Shown piece by piece: positions 19,946 through 29,197 of a stretch of DNA of 64,000 bases. Position numbers and translations under genes: made by a program. The notes under the pieces were generated by a model. It had not been told where the DNA came from. It did not search any database and was given only the letters and a program-made list of their open reading frames with translations. The stretch comes from an uncultured Bdellovibrionales bacterium (GTDB taxonomy: Bacteria > Patescibacteriota > Minisyncoccia > Moranbacterales > UBA1568): positions 77,925 to 141,924 of the forward strand of contig CAYTED010000002.1 of the NCBI GenBank assembly GCA_964436855.1. Reading direction: 5' to 3'. Numbering within the stretch: the stretch's first letter is position 1; each line of letters starts with the position of its first letter.

Positions 19946-20737
19946 TTATAATACACCCTCCTGTACTATAGATTTTTTAGAAACAATATTCGAGACAATT
20001 TCCGGATAATACATCCATTTAGTATCAATACCTTCATTTTCATGCAAGGGAAAAATTGGGGTAATCAATGGATTAATACCAAACCTCTTTTGAAGGCGCT
20101 CATAAGCAGGGAATACCACCTCATAAACAAACTCTTTCTCCTTTTCATCATTTAAGAGGTAGCTTTCAAACATAATGCCATGCACAAGAAAAAGCCCGAG
20201 GTAATATTCATAAAAATCCACCGCTTTTTTTCCATGTGAAAATAACCAATCAGAAATATCAAATCGATATTTTTCATATTTTTCCGGAAGAAGTTCTTGG
20301 AAAATATCATGATGAAAACCCACAAATTCTTCCCCCCATGTGGTGAAAATATCAGAAAAACACTTCCCGTAAGAATCATTAAAAGAAATGATTCTCTTGC
20401 TTTTCACTCGATCACCCCCATTTCTCCCTTTTTTATTGTAAAAATACAACATTCCGAGATAATATTTATCCTGATTATTCGCAACGAATATATCCTTTGT
20501 AAACTCACCTAAAGCGATTGGGAGGTTTGTTTTTTCCGCTTGATTGATAAAATCAAATAATTCACGGTTTGGACTTACTACGGGACGAAGGAATGAGGCG
20601 CGAGGACCCTTTGTAAAAATATCCGGCACCTCACCTAAGTACCGCTCAACTTCAGTTCTTAATAAGATATTTTCCCACCTTTTTTTACAGTCTTGTTCTG
20701 CATTAGTCACAGAAACATAAAAATTCGACTCATCCAT
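19946..20737 (-). CDS. Hypothetical cytoplasmic protein (low-GC island gene)
   Basis: 263 aa with no recognisable motif. GC content about 38-40 percent versus about 50 percent in the flanks. Separated from the kinase gene by only 10 nt. Confidence 0.5.
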   Translation of the reverse strand: MDESNFYVSVTNAEQDCKKRWENILLRTEVERYLGEVPDIFTKGPRASFLRPVVSPNRELFDFINQAEKTNLPIALGEFTKDIFVANNQDKYYLGMLYFYNKKGRNGGDRVKSKRIISFNDSYGKCFSDIFTTWGEEFVGFHHDIFQELLPEKYEKYRFDISDWLFSHGKKAVDFYEYYLGLFLVHGIMFESYLLNDEKEKEFVYEVVFPAYERLQKRFGINPLITPIFPLHENEGIDTKWMYYPEIVSNIVSKKSIVQEGVL

Positions 20738-20767
20738 AAATCACTGACCAGTTAAGATCTTTTTATA

Positions 20768-21268
20768 TCACTCTTCTCCGATTTCCGCATCCGTTACTTC
20801 ATCAACACCTTGAGAACCATCTTCCTTCACATTATCCGCCGACTCATCTTTTGAAAGCCCTTTATCAGAAATTTTTTCTGGAACAAGGGATTCCCGATAC
20901 GCATCGCTACAAACAATATCTGAATCCGCATTACTATCACATTCGAGAATCACACACTCTGAATCCACGGAGACACAAGTTTCAATATTGCAGCGTTCAT
21001 CATTTACATTGCATATTGGAGTATAAGCGGCATTTCTTTTGATTATCTGAAAATAACTTGTGTCTTCTACCGAATCCCCTGTGCATTCTTCCGAATCTGG
21101 ATCGCATTCCTTAACAAAACAATTTCGCTCTTCAGGATTACAAGGTACCTGATATTCAATAGTGTAATCTAAAGCAAAAACATAACGATAACATGAAGAA
21201 AGTACCGTCAAAAAAACGATGAGAAAAACTACACTAAAATTAATGTCCACTTTAAATTTTTCTGTCAT
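20768..21268 (-). CDS. Cysteine-rich membrane-anchored/secreted protein (low-GC island gene)
   Basis: N-terminal signal-anchor, about 14 Cys in a roughly 90-aa region (CNPEERNCFVKECDPDSEEC...CNVNDERCNIETCVSVDSECVILEC), and an acidic C-terminal tail. Confidence 0.5.
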   Translation of the reverse strand: MTEKFKVDINFSVVFLIVFLTVLSSCYRYVFALDYTIEYQVPCNPEERNCFVKECDPDSEECTGDSVEDTSYFQIIKRNAAYTPICNVNDERCNIETCVSVDSECVILECDSNADSDIVCSDAYRESLVPEKISDKGLSKDESADNVKEDGSQGVDEVTDAEIGEE

Positions 21269-21274
21269 TTTGTT

Positions 21275-21811
21275 TTAACCAACAACAAGATTCCAAATAT
21301 ATTCTACCACTGAAATTCCAAAAAAAACAGCAGCTGTCCAGTATGCATTGGCGATTATTGTACTTGAAATAAATACCAACCAATCCTTCATATTTAACCC
21401 ATTAAAGTATCTTGATCCCCTTCGTAGATACAACGTTGTGATGAGTGGGTCAAAATAAAATGTCAGAGCGAGAAACATCAATCCATCCCCCCGCTTCATC
21501 ATCCATGAAATAATCCTTCCAATAAACGCATCTCCCGAATATTCCCTCGCTTCCTTGATAGCTTCAATACCAAGCCAATCCTGCTGACTCCAATCATAAA
21601 AAAGAATCAAAAGATAACACGCAAAAAATGAGAGCATAGCCATAATAACCCCTCCCTCAAGTATGCCAAACTTCCAAATAACATACGGGTAAAGAACATA
21701 ATCGAAAGCCGAAGAAATCCCACGTTTCCCTAAAAGACCGATTCCTAAAATACCTACTCGCTGTTTTTGTTTTTTTAGCCAGAAAAAAAAAGATGTTCTT
21801 GAATAATCCAT
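21275..21811 (-). CDS. Hypothetical 4-5 TM membrane protein (low-GC island gene)
   Basis: Hydrophobic helices throughout. No family motif recognised. Confidence 0.5.
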   Translation of the reverse strand: MDYSRTSFFFWLKKQKQRVGILGIGLLGKRGISSAFDYVLYPYVIWKFGILEGGVIMAMLSFFACYLLILFYDWSQQDWLGIEAIKEAREYSGDAFIGRIISWMMKRGDGLMFLALTFYFDPLITTLYLRRGSRYFNGLNMKDWLVFISSTIIANAYWTAAVFFGISVVEYIWNLVVG

Positions 21812-21865
21812 AGGAGAAATTTTTATGCTTCAACTTTAGTGTAACACGGAACAACTTAAAACCAT

Positions 21866-21897
21866 CAACAAAAAACAGTCCTCCTTTCGGAGGACTG
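21866..21897 (-). terminator. Rho-independent terminator after the acidic coiled-coil protein gene
   Basis: Perfect hairpin cagtcctcc-tttc-ggaggactg, followed on the minus strand by ttttttgttg. Confidence 0.6.
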
Positions 21898-21918
21898 AAA
21901 GTTCCCTGTGAATTTTTT

Positions 21919-23292
21919 TTACAGCGCGCGGGAGACCCAGCCAAAGAGACTGAAGGTATCTTCCTTTTCGGTGATATACGCACGCAACTTGGCAGCTTCC
22001 GTACGGAGCGATTCCGCCTGACCCTTCAGGATGGCTTGTACATCCGTATCGGTCGTCTGCAAAACCATCGAATCAATCGCCACCGCTCGAGCCTCAAGCT
22101 CATTGACCTGCTGCTTGAGTGTTTCAAGCGCATTGTAATCCGGGCCGATCAGAAACTTTGCTACGCCACCGCGACTTTTCACTTCATTCACCGAGGTCGC
22201 TATAATCGAGATTGTCGAGCGGTGTTCCGCGGCGATTTTCCGAGCGCTTCTCGAAATCGAGTTATCATCGTCGCTTTCGATCTCCGCAACATCGTTCAGA
22301 TCTTCGAAAAGATCATTCGCATCATCCTCGTGATCCTTCACGAGATCGTCGTCATCCGATTCACCACCGAGAGCAAATACCGCACTCTCCACCGCGCTCT
22401 TCAGTCGCTTCACCACTCGTTCAAAATTCTTGACCGATTCGCGAGTCAGATTGGCTGTCCCGGATTTGAATACCTCGAAATCAGATCGAAGCGATGCAAG
22501 TTGGGATTCAAATGACGAGGCTTCTCCTCCAAGCGCTTTCAATTCCGAAATTTTCTTCTCCACTTGACCAAAACGCTTTTCCACTTTCGCAAGTTCATCC
22601 GTCACTTTTTCCGCATCTTTGGCATCTTTTTCAGCAAAATGAGCCGCTTTTTTTACTTCCTTGGCAAATCGTTTTGCCGCCTCGAGATTATTTTCATCAA
22701 ACGAAACTCCCACCTGGTCAACACTTGATTTCACAACAGCAAGTCTTGCCAATGCAGAGGTAACATCCGCCCCCCTTGATTGCTGCTTCAAAATCTCTTC
22801 CTCCGCCTTCGCTATCTCTTCTTGCAGCTTTGTCAGCGTCTTATCCTTGTCTTTATACATTCCATTCGAAGACCCTGAATTGTCATCTCCTTCATCTTCG
22901 TTTTCATCCTCAACTTCATTTTCGTTTTCATCTTCTTTATCTTCTTCATCGTCATCCATACGCTGCGACGTGTTCATCTCCGACCCCGATCCCGATGAAG
23001 ATTTGGATGAATTTTTCCTTTTTTCAGATTCTTTTTTCTGCTTCTCCTCTTTCTTCTTGTTGTCTCTATCATCATCCCTGTCTGTATCGTCATCTCCCTC
23101 GTCATCATCTTCACCTAATACAATGGGATACACTCCGGATTTAGCGTTATTCGCATACATCCCAAGCACACCGAAATACGCCCCAAACCCGAGAAAAAGG
23201 GCCATAAGAGCAACAAACGGTGAGACATGTTTTTGTTTTTGCTCCAACATATGTTTTTTTAAAAAATGATAAATTATTGATTTAAAAACCAC
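21919..23292 (-). CDS. Membrane-anchored protein with poly-acidic low-complexity region and long coiled coil
   Basis: N-terminal TM. A D/E-rich segment (DDDEGDDDTDRDDDRDN...EDENENEVEDENEDEGDD) is followed by an Ala/Lys/Glu-rich coiled coil. Own terminator downstream. Confidence 0.55.
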   Translation of the reverse strand: MVFKSIIYHFLKKHMLEQKQKHVSPFVALMALFLGFGAYFGVLGMYANNAKSGVYPIVLGEDDDEGDDDTDRDDDRDNKKKEEKQKKESEKRKNSSKSSSGSGSEMNTSQRMDDDEEDKEDENENEVEDENEDEGDDNSGSSNGMYKDKDKTLTKLQEEIAKAEEEILKQQSRGADVTSALARLAVVKSSVDQVGVSFDENNLEAAKRFAKEVKKAAHFAEKDAKDAEKVTDELAKVEKRFGQVEKKISELKALGGEASSFESQLASLRSDFEVFKSGTANLTRESVKNFERVVKRLKSAVESAVFALGGESDDDDLVKDHEDDANDLFEDLNDVAEIESDDDNSISRSARKIAAEHRSTISIIATSVNEVKSRGGVAKFLIGPDYNALETLKQQVNELEARAVAIDSMVLQTTDTDVQAILKGQAESLRTEAAKLRAYITEKEDTFSLFGWVSRAL

Positions 23293-23507
23293 TCATTTTT
23301 GGAACTGCCTCAAAATTACTTAAAAGATACTTAACAACACTGACTGCGGTATTTTTTCGAGACGTATCAAGAATTCCACATTCTAAAGAGATTCAAGATG
23401 CACTGTTCTTTCATTCTAAAACAAAAAAAAATATTTTAAAAGAACCCTGTTAAACGGTCGTTCCCTCTTAATTACTTCTGACATAACCAGATCCGCGATC
23501 CATTCAC

Positions 23508-24662
23508 TTAAAAACCCCGGATAACTCGAAGAGTTTCTCTCCCTGTTTTTTTCCAAGAAAACTCCCGGGTACGATTTCTTCCGTCAGAGGAGAGCTGTTC
23601 GGAAAGAACTCGATCGGAGAGTATAGCCGTCATTGCCAATCGCAATTCATCCGGCTGATACGGATCAATCAGAATCGCCGCATCCCCCACGATTTCCGGA
23701 AATGAAGAATTTCGAGAAACAATTGTCGGAACGCCGCACGCCATCGCCTCAAGCGGTGGAAAGCCGAATCCTTCATAGAAAGATGGGTACACGAAAAGGG
23801 ATGCGAGGTTGTACAAAAACACCTTTTCCTCGTCCGCGGCAAAACCGAGAACCAAAATATCATCCCGATACGGAGACGATTCTCTCTCTCGAAAAATTTC
23901 GTTTGATTTCCAACCGGGACTTCCGGCGAGTACGAGTTTCGCGTATTCGGGTGAACCTTTACGCATTTCGCGATACGCATTGTATGCCCGAATAACCGAC
24001 CTGATATTTTTTCTCGACTCAAAGGTTCCGAAAAAGAGAATAAATCGATAGGGAAGATCATATTTTTCTTTTACTCGAAGAAGCTCCGGGTTATTTCGAT
24101 CAAGTTGATGGAATTCCTCTCCAACGCCACTCCTTACAACAGTAATTTTTTCTTCCGGAATACCATAATATCCGATCACATCCTCCTTGGTCGACGCGGA
24201 TACCGCAAGAATTCGATCTGCTTTTCGACAAAGTTTTCGAAACCCGATAAAAAAATGCCAGAGCCTACGCTTCACTGAAAACGTCTCCGGAAATGCCTCA
24301 AATGAGAGGTCGTGCGCCGTAACGACAAGCTTCGCTCGTTTTGAAACCGATACAAAATTCAAATTTGGAAGAAAATAAATATCCGCTCCGCCGCACAAAC
24401 GATCAAGCTTCGGCCACCCGAGATACCATAAAGCGAGATTCAGAATTTTGTTTGGTATCCGGAGTGATACCAATCGCACATTCGGATACGCGAACATCCA
24501 CTTGAAATCTTCCGGAAAATCGCGATTCCATGCATTAAAAAAAAGAATATATTCATTTTTCGTATCGCCCGAAACGAGCGATCGAAAGAGTCGCGTTATA
24601 TATTCCTCCACTCCCGTTCGTCTCCCCTCACCGAGACACCGAACATCAATAACGATTTTCAT
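23508..24662 (-). CDS. Glycosyltransferase family 4 (GT-B fold)
   Basis: C-terminal GT4 signature [20 protein letters not shown] with E...E motif. 384 aa. Confidence 0.85.
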   Translation of the reverse strand: MKIVIDVRCLGEGRRTGVEEYITRLFRSLVSGDTKNEYILFFNAWNRDFPEDFKWMFAYPNVRLVSLRIPNKILNLALWYLGWPKLDRLCGGADIYFLPNLNFVSVSKRAKLVVTAHDLSFEAFPETFSVKRRLWHFFIGFRKLCRKADRILAVSASTKEDVIGYYGIPEEKITVVRSGVGEEFHQLDRNNPELLRVKEKYDLPYRFILFFGTFESRKNIRSVIRAYNAYREMRKGSPEYAKLVLAGSPGWKSNEIFRERESSPYRDDILVLGFAADEEKVFLYNLASLFVYPSFYEGFGFPPLEAMACGVPTIVSRNSSFPEIVGDAAILIDPYQPDELRLAMTAILSDRVLSEQLSSDGRNRTREFSWKKTGRETLRVIRGF

Positions 24663-24720
24663 ACCGAATGCTCATTCCCGTATTCAGTCACGGTAACAAA
24701 ATAATTCATCCATTGCGCAC

Positions 24721-25359
24721 TCAACCTAACCATCCGTCCCGTTCTCTTTGTTTTTGTTCGAAGAAATGAGCAAAAAGCGCGATCCAGAACCCGAAAAATA
24801 CCCCGATCGCGAGCGAAAGAAAAAACACCGTTTTTGCCTGTATCTTCGCGCTTCGAATCACTGGCGCGCTCCCTTCGATATGAAACCACGATGGATCTTT
24901 CGCTTGTTGATTCAAATCTTCCGTTGATGCGTTCAAAACGGAGAGCATTGATATCGCGTATTTCTCAAGTGTATCCGAATCACGTCCGGAGTATTCGACA
25001 CGAATCACCTGCGAGGAAAGTCTTCCGGCACGAAATACCCTTGAGAGTTCTTTGGTACCGAGCGATTCTGTTTCGATGCCGGATTGCCGCAAAATATCTT
25101 CAGCGATACGCGGCGCGGAAAGCCAACGTACCACCGTATCGGCAAACCGCTCGTCTGCCTGAAGCCGATAAAATCCATCGTAGGTATACTCCGAGGTTGA
25201 TTGCGATCCGGAACGAGAAATATTGAGGAGAAGCGTTGCCACATACGATTCTTTTTGTGCAGAATAAAAAATCGCGCCGCACAATACAGACACCGCAATC
25301 ACTGAGAAGAAAATATTTCTCCGCCTCCAGAAAATATCGATGTAGTCGAAAAAGTCCAT
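24721..25359 (-). CDS. Wzz/CapA-like polysaccharide chain-length determinant family protein (second copy)
   Basis: About 210 aa with a TM-periplasmic domain-TM architecture like the gene at 2266..2889. Sits between two GT4 genes. Confidence 0.4.
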   Translation of the reverse strand: MDFFDYIDIFWRRRNIFFSVIAVSVLCGAIFYSAQKESYVATLLLNISRSGSQSTSEYTYDGFYRLQADERFADTVVRWLSAPRIAEDILRQSGIETESLGTKELSRVFRAGRLSSQVIRVEYSGRDSDTLEKYAISMLSVLNASTEDLNQQAKDPSWFHIEGSAPVIRSAKIQAKTVFFLSLAIGVFFGFWIALFAHFFEQKQRERDGWLG

Positions 25360-25416
25360 ACGGAAAAAAATAATACTACAATACTGGGTAACGAGTAACG
25401 GAGAGGGGCGGACACA

Positions 25417-26508
25417 CTAGCAGAGAGCTGCGTCAATATAGTTTTTTATTTTCTCTTTGAAAATTTCACGATCAAACCGGAGAGACTTCGACCGAATAAA
25501 GCTCGCGTCATATTCTTCATCGTGAAACTTTTCGATCGCTTCGAGAATCGCTTCCGGCGTTTGTTCATCGAAAAAAATCCCCATTTTCCCCTCTTCCAAG
25601 TGTTCGGGAATATCCCCGCCGCGATACGCAAGAATCGGCCTTCCCGATGCCATCGCCTCGATCGCCACAATACCGAAATCTTCCTCTTGCGGAAAAACAA
25701 AAGCGCGGCACTCCGCATAATAGCGCGGAAGCTCCTTTTCGGAAACCCTCCCCAAAAATTCGACTGTCGGACCGGCAAGTTTCTTCAGACGGTCGATTTC
25801 CGGTCCCCGACCGATGATTTTAAGCGGGAGTTTCCGTCGATTGAACGCTTCGATAACGATATCGTGCCGCTTGTACGCGATGAGTCGCCCCACCATCAGA
25901 AAATAATCCTTTCGATCCTCGGGTTTCGCGACGTAAAAATTTTTCGTATTGACCGGCGGGTGGATGATATCCGACTCTCGCCGATAATACTTTCGGATTC
26001 GATCGGCGACGAATTTCGAATTCGCAATAACAAGGTCCGGTCGATCCGCCGCCGCACGATCCCAAAGCCGGATCGGGCTCATCAAAAACGGGACGATTTT
26101 TTTCACGAACCACGGAAATCCGAAATCTTGCGCATATTTCTGGCAATCATCCCACGCATACCGCGTCGGCGTGTGCATATAGCAGATATGAAGCGTCCCG
26201 GGCCTTGTCAGCGCGCCTTTCGCATAACTTGCCGAATCGGACAACACGATATCGAATTTCGAGAAATCAAAACGCTCGATCGACATCGGCATAAGCGGTG
26301 GAAGGAGGTGATGCCGCTTTTTTGCAAATGGAAATTTCTGAAGCCCGGATGTATAAATTCGCCGGTCCGAAAAAACCCCATGCATCGCCTCCTTGTCATA
26401 GAGAAGCGTATAAATCGGAGCATCAGGAAAAAGCTCGGTAAACACCTCAAGCACCCGTTCCGCCCCTCCGTACTGCACGAGATAATCATGAACAAGCGCG
26501 ATTTTCAT
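25417..26508 (-). CDS. Glycosyltransferase family 4
   Basis: The family N-terminus MKIALVHDYLVQYGGAERV begins at an internal Met (26508). The ORF-track start at 26595 would overlap the upstream gene. C-terminal motif FPQEEDFGIVAIEAMASGRPILA. Confidence 0.8.
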   Translation of the reverse strand: MKIALVHDYLVQYGGAERVLEVFTELFPDAPIYTLLYDKEAMHGVFSDRRIYTSGLQKFPFAKKRHHLLPPLMPMSIERFDFSKFDIVLSDSASYAKGALTRPGTLHICYMHTPTRYAWDDCQKYAQDFGFPWFVKKIVPFLMSPIRLWDRAAADRPDLVIANSKFVADRIRKYYRRESDIIHPPVNTKNFYVAKPEDRKDYFLMVGRLIAYKRHDIVIEAFNRRKLPLKIIGRGPEIDRLKKLAGPTVEFLGRVSEKELPRYYAECRAFVFPQEEDFGIVAIEAMASGRPILAYRGGDIPEHLEEGKMGIFFDEQTPEAILEAIEKFHDEEYDASFIRSKSLRFDREIFKEKIKNYIDAALC

Positions 26509-26575
26509 ATCAGGAAGCAAACATTGGATTAACGAAATCAGATCATCGACTGCTGGAAAAAATGTACAAGAGATT

Positions 26576-26926
26576 TTAGTCGTCGGAACGCCCAAATGTC
26601 CAATGTATGATGGTCTGGAACAAAGACAATGCGAGCGCGCCGAGCACTGCCGCGAAAAATCCGGATACCTCGAACCCGCTCACAATTTTCGCAAGAAAAC
26701 TGAAGAGAACACCGTTAATAACGAGCGTAAAGAGCCCGAACGTGAGAATATTCACCGGCAATGTAAGTACAAAAATAATCGGGCGAATAATGAGTGTAAT
26801 CGCGCCCCAGAGAATCGCAAGGAGTACCGCCGTCCCGAAATTCGCGACGTGAATACCCGGAACAAAATTCTCGACCGCAAGAAAGATAAGCGCCGTAAGC
26901 AAAAGCCGAGCCAAAAGTGAAATCAT
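26576..26926 (-). CDS. PF04020/DUF360 family 4-TM membrane protein ('phage holin superfamily IV'-like)
   Basis: 116 aa. Pattern FLAVENFVPGIHV...IRPIIFVLTLPVNILTFGLFTLVINGVLF is typical of the family. Confidence 0.6.
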   Translation of the reverse strand: MISLLARLLLTALIFLAVENFVPGIHVANFGTAVLLAILWGAITLIIRPIIFVLTLPVNILTFGLFTLVINGVLFSFLAKIVSGFEVSGFFAAVLGALALSLFQTIIHWTFGRSDD

Positions 26927-26998
26927 ATGAAAAAAATAAAAAAGCTTATACTCCCCTAGTATAAGCCTTTTTTTATTCCTCGAAAAGGTGTCGTGTTA

Positions 26999-28420
26999 TC
27001 AGCTATTCTTTCGTCGTCGGAGTACGGCGCCGATGGTTTTGAGACAGATCGTACTGTCGAACCATAGCGACCAGTTTTCGATATAAAAGACATCGAGGCG
27101 ATACTCATCTTCAAATGGAAGATCAGAGCGACCGGAAATTTGCGCGAGTCCGGTAATACCCGGTTTGATCGTGAGAAGTCTCCGGTGATATTCTTTGTAC
27201 CGATCCACTTCGCGTTCTTGATGCGGTCGCGGCCCAACAAGCGACATATTCCCCTGAATCACATTCACAAACTGGAGAATTTCATCGAGGGAATATTTCT
27301 CGATAAACGCGCCGACTTTCATTTTGCGTGGATCATCTTTGATTTTGTAGAGAACGCCGCCCTTTCGAACATTATGCTCTTCAATCAGTTTTTTCTCAAA
27401 AGCAACCGCCGCCTCGAAATCCGGATTTTCTTTCGTAATGCAATACTTCCAGAGCATATACCGGAATTTATAAACGAAAAACTTCTCGCCATTTTCTCCG
27501 ACACGCTCGTTTTTGTAAATAATCGGTCCTTTCGGATCTTCAATCTTGATCGCAATCGCAACAAGGAGCATAAACGGCGAAAAGAGAATGGTAAGAATTA
27601 TCCCGCCAACAATATCAAATGTGCGTTTGACCACCTTCCCCCAGCCATCAAGCGGCGTATGCTCAAACTCGATAATCGGCTCGCCATTAAACACGCCAAG
27701 CGAAAAGCGCGATGTTTGGAGCGTCGTCGGCAAAACACGATACGCGATATTGTTAATCTCGCAAAAATCAAGCAACTTCTCCTGCTCCAAATCGGTGATC
27801 GTCGGATCGCAGAGAATAATTTCGTCGATCCCTTTTTGTTCGCGAATTTCCTTGATATGCGTGATACTCGCATCTTCAATATGATCGACGACGGCATACC
27901 CCAGTTCCGGTCGCTTATGAAAGAGAGAAAGCATTGCTCGAAGTTTCCCGTTTGACCCGATCAAAAGCACCCGATGCACACCGATACCGCGATTCACAAG
28001 AAACCACTGCTGAATACTTCGGACGAGGTATCGCGCCAAAACGACATAAAAAACCACAAAAACCCACCCCGAAAGAATAATAAACCGAGACGAGAACCAT
28101 TCCCGTTTCAAAAATATCGCCACGATCAAAATAATCAGACCGAGCGATGTCGCCTTAAACACATCGAACGCTTCGCGCCAGAATCGCCGCGTTACCCGCA
28201 TTTTATACAAACCCTCCATGGTATAAAGAAGAAGAATGAGCGGCGCAAGCAAAAGCACGATCTCCAAATAGGCATTAAACGGAAAGTTGTACAGTTTTTC
28301 CTTCAGGGCAATGACCTGCGGAATATCTCGAATCGCGAACGCCGTAAGCGCCGCGAGTACAATCATCGCATAGTCGATCGGCGCCTGAATGGCACCAAAA
28401 AAAATTTCAGATCGTTTCAT
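26999..28420 (-). CDS. Undecaprenyl-phosphate sugar phosphotransferase (WbaP/EPS priming glycosyltransferase family)
   Basis: N-terminal 4-5 TM and CoA-binding-like domain. C-terminal 'bacterial sugar transferase' domain (DEILQFVNVIQGNMSLVGPRP, PGITGLAQI). Confidence 0.9.
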   Translation of the reverse strand: MKRSEIFFGAIQAPIDYAMIVLAALTAFAIRDIPQVIALKEKLYNFPFNAYLEIVLLLAPLILLLYTMEGLYKMRVTRRFWREAFDVFKATSLGLIILIVAIFLKREWFSSRFIILSGWVFVVFYVVLARYLVRSIQQWFLVNRGIGVHRVLLIGSNGKLRAMLSLFHKRPELGYAVVDHIEDASITHIKEIREQKGIDEIILCDPTITDLEQEKLLDFCEINNIAYRVLPTTLQTSRFSLGVFNGEPIIEFEHTPLDGWGKVVKRTFDIVGGIILTILFSPFMLLVAIAIKIEDPKGPIIYKNERVGENGEKFFVYKFRYMLWKYCITKENPDFEAAVAFEKKLIEEHNVRKGGVLYKIKDDPRKMKVGAFIEKYSLDEILQFVNVIQGNMSLVGPRPHQEREVDRYKEYHRRLLTIKPGITGLAQISGRSDLPFEDEYRLDVFYIENWSLWFDSTICLKTIGAVLRRRKNS

Positions 28421-28608
28421 AGTAACTGTTCAAGATTTCATGTCTTGAGAAAATGTTCAGATTTCGAGCGAAAACTCTGAAGAGGCGAGGAGAGGTATCG
28501 AGATATTCTGACGAGCTTTGAAGAGTTTGCAGCCGAAATCTGGACATTTTATCAGATAAGCGTGATATTTTGTTTTATTAAGAAGCGGTGAAGATTGAAC
28601 AGTTACTA
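28421..28608. repeat. Nested inverted repeats in the leader of the priming-transferase gene
   Basis: Outer 13-bp perfect IR (agtaactgttcaa at 28421..28433 and ttgaacagttact at 28596..28608). Inner roughly 30-nt imperfect IR (28455..28485 versus 28515..28545). Confidence 0.35.
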
Positions 28609-28639
28609 CAAATATCATTTTCATCTTTTTATCCCTTTT

Positions 28640-29040
28640 CAAAACAGGTTCATAAGCCGGATTCTGTTTCCGCCTCATCGGCGGATGATCATCATTTCTC
28701 TGGGACGTTCATTACTGAACGCCTCTTGCGGTTCTTCCCCCTTCATTCGCAGCTGCAATATGAATGAGGACGCGACCTTGCATTCGGATAAGGATTTAGC
28801 CGTTTCACTCCAAGTATCACTACTTGGCTCCGCCCCGTAAAATCCCGAAACGGGATCACGGGGCGATTTTGTTCTTTCGAGCAAAATCGTCTCTGTTCGC
28901 ACCTCGCACCTCGCGGCGTATGGGAGTTACCCATTACCCTTGCCCCGTGATTTCCAAAGGAAATTTTACGGGGCCAAATGTCCGGACTTTCCTCCCTTTC
29001 ATCAAAAAAATTGACAAAAGAGCGATGATCCGACCTGTTC
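28640..29040 (-). ncRNA. rnpB: RNase P RNA, bacterial type A-like
   Basis: The minus strand contains GGAGGAAAGUCCGGAC (P4 5' half) near the 5' end and ACAGAAUCCGGCUUAU (P4 3' half) near the 3' end. Between them are GGUGCG...GCGAAC and other conserved-core-like segments. No ORF in the region. Ends are approximate. Confidence 0.75.
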
Positions 29041-29120
29041 TGAAAAGGAACTTCAAGCGACCTTCCATAGAAGGTTTTTTTCACCGAAGATTCTATTATA
29101 CTCTATTTTACCGAAAAAGT

Positions 29121-29146
29121 CAAGATAAAAAGACCCATTCGGTCTT
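29121..29146 (-). terminator. Rho-independent terminator after the hypothetical gene 29198..29668
   Basis: Hairpin aagacccattcggtctt, followed on the minus strand by a T-run. Confidence 0.45.
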
Positions 29147-29197
29147 TTCAGTATAGCACGGTTTTTCGGTTTGTATCCTCGGTAATACCCCACAAGA

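Noticed and set aside
25522-26532. 336-aa plus-strand ORF, Arg-rich
   Set aside because: It is antisense to the GT4 glycosyltransferase gene. Low-complexity basic translation typical of shadow frames.
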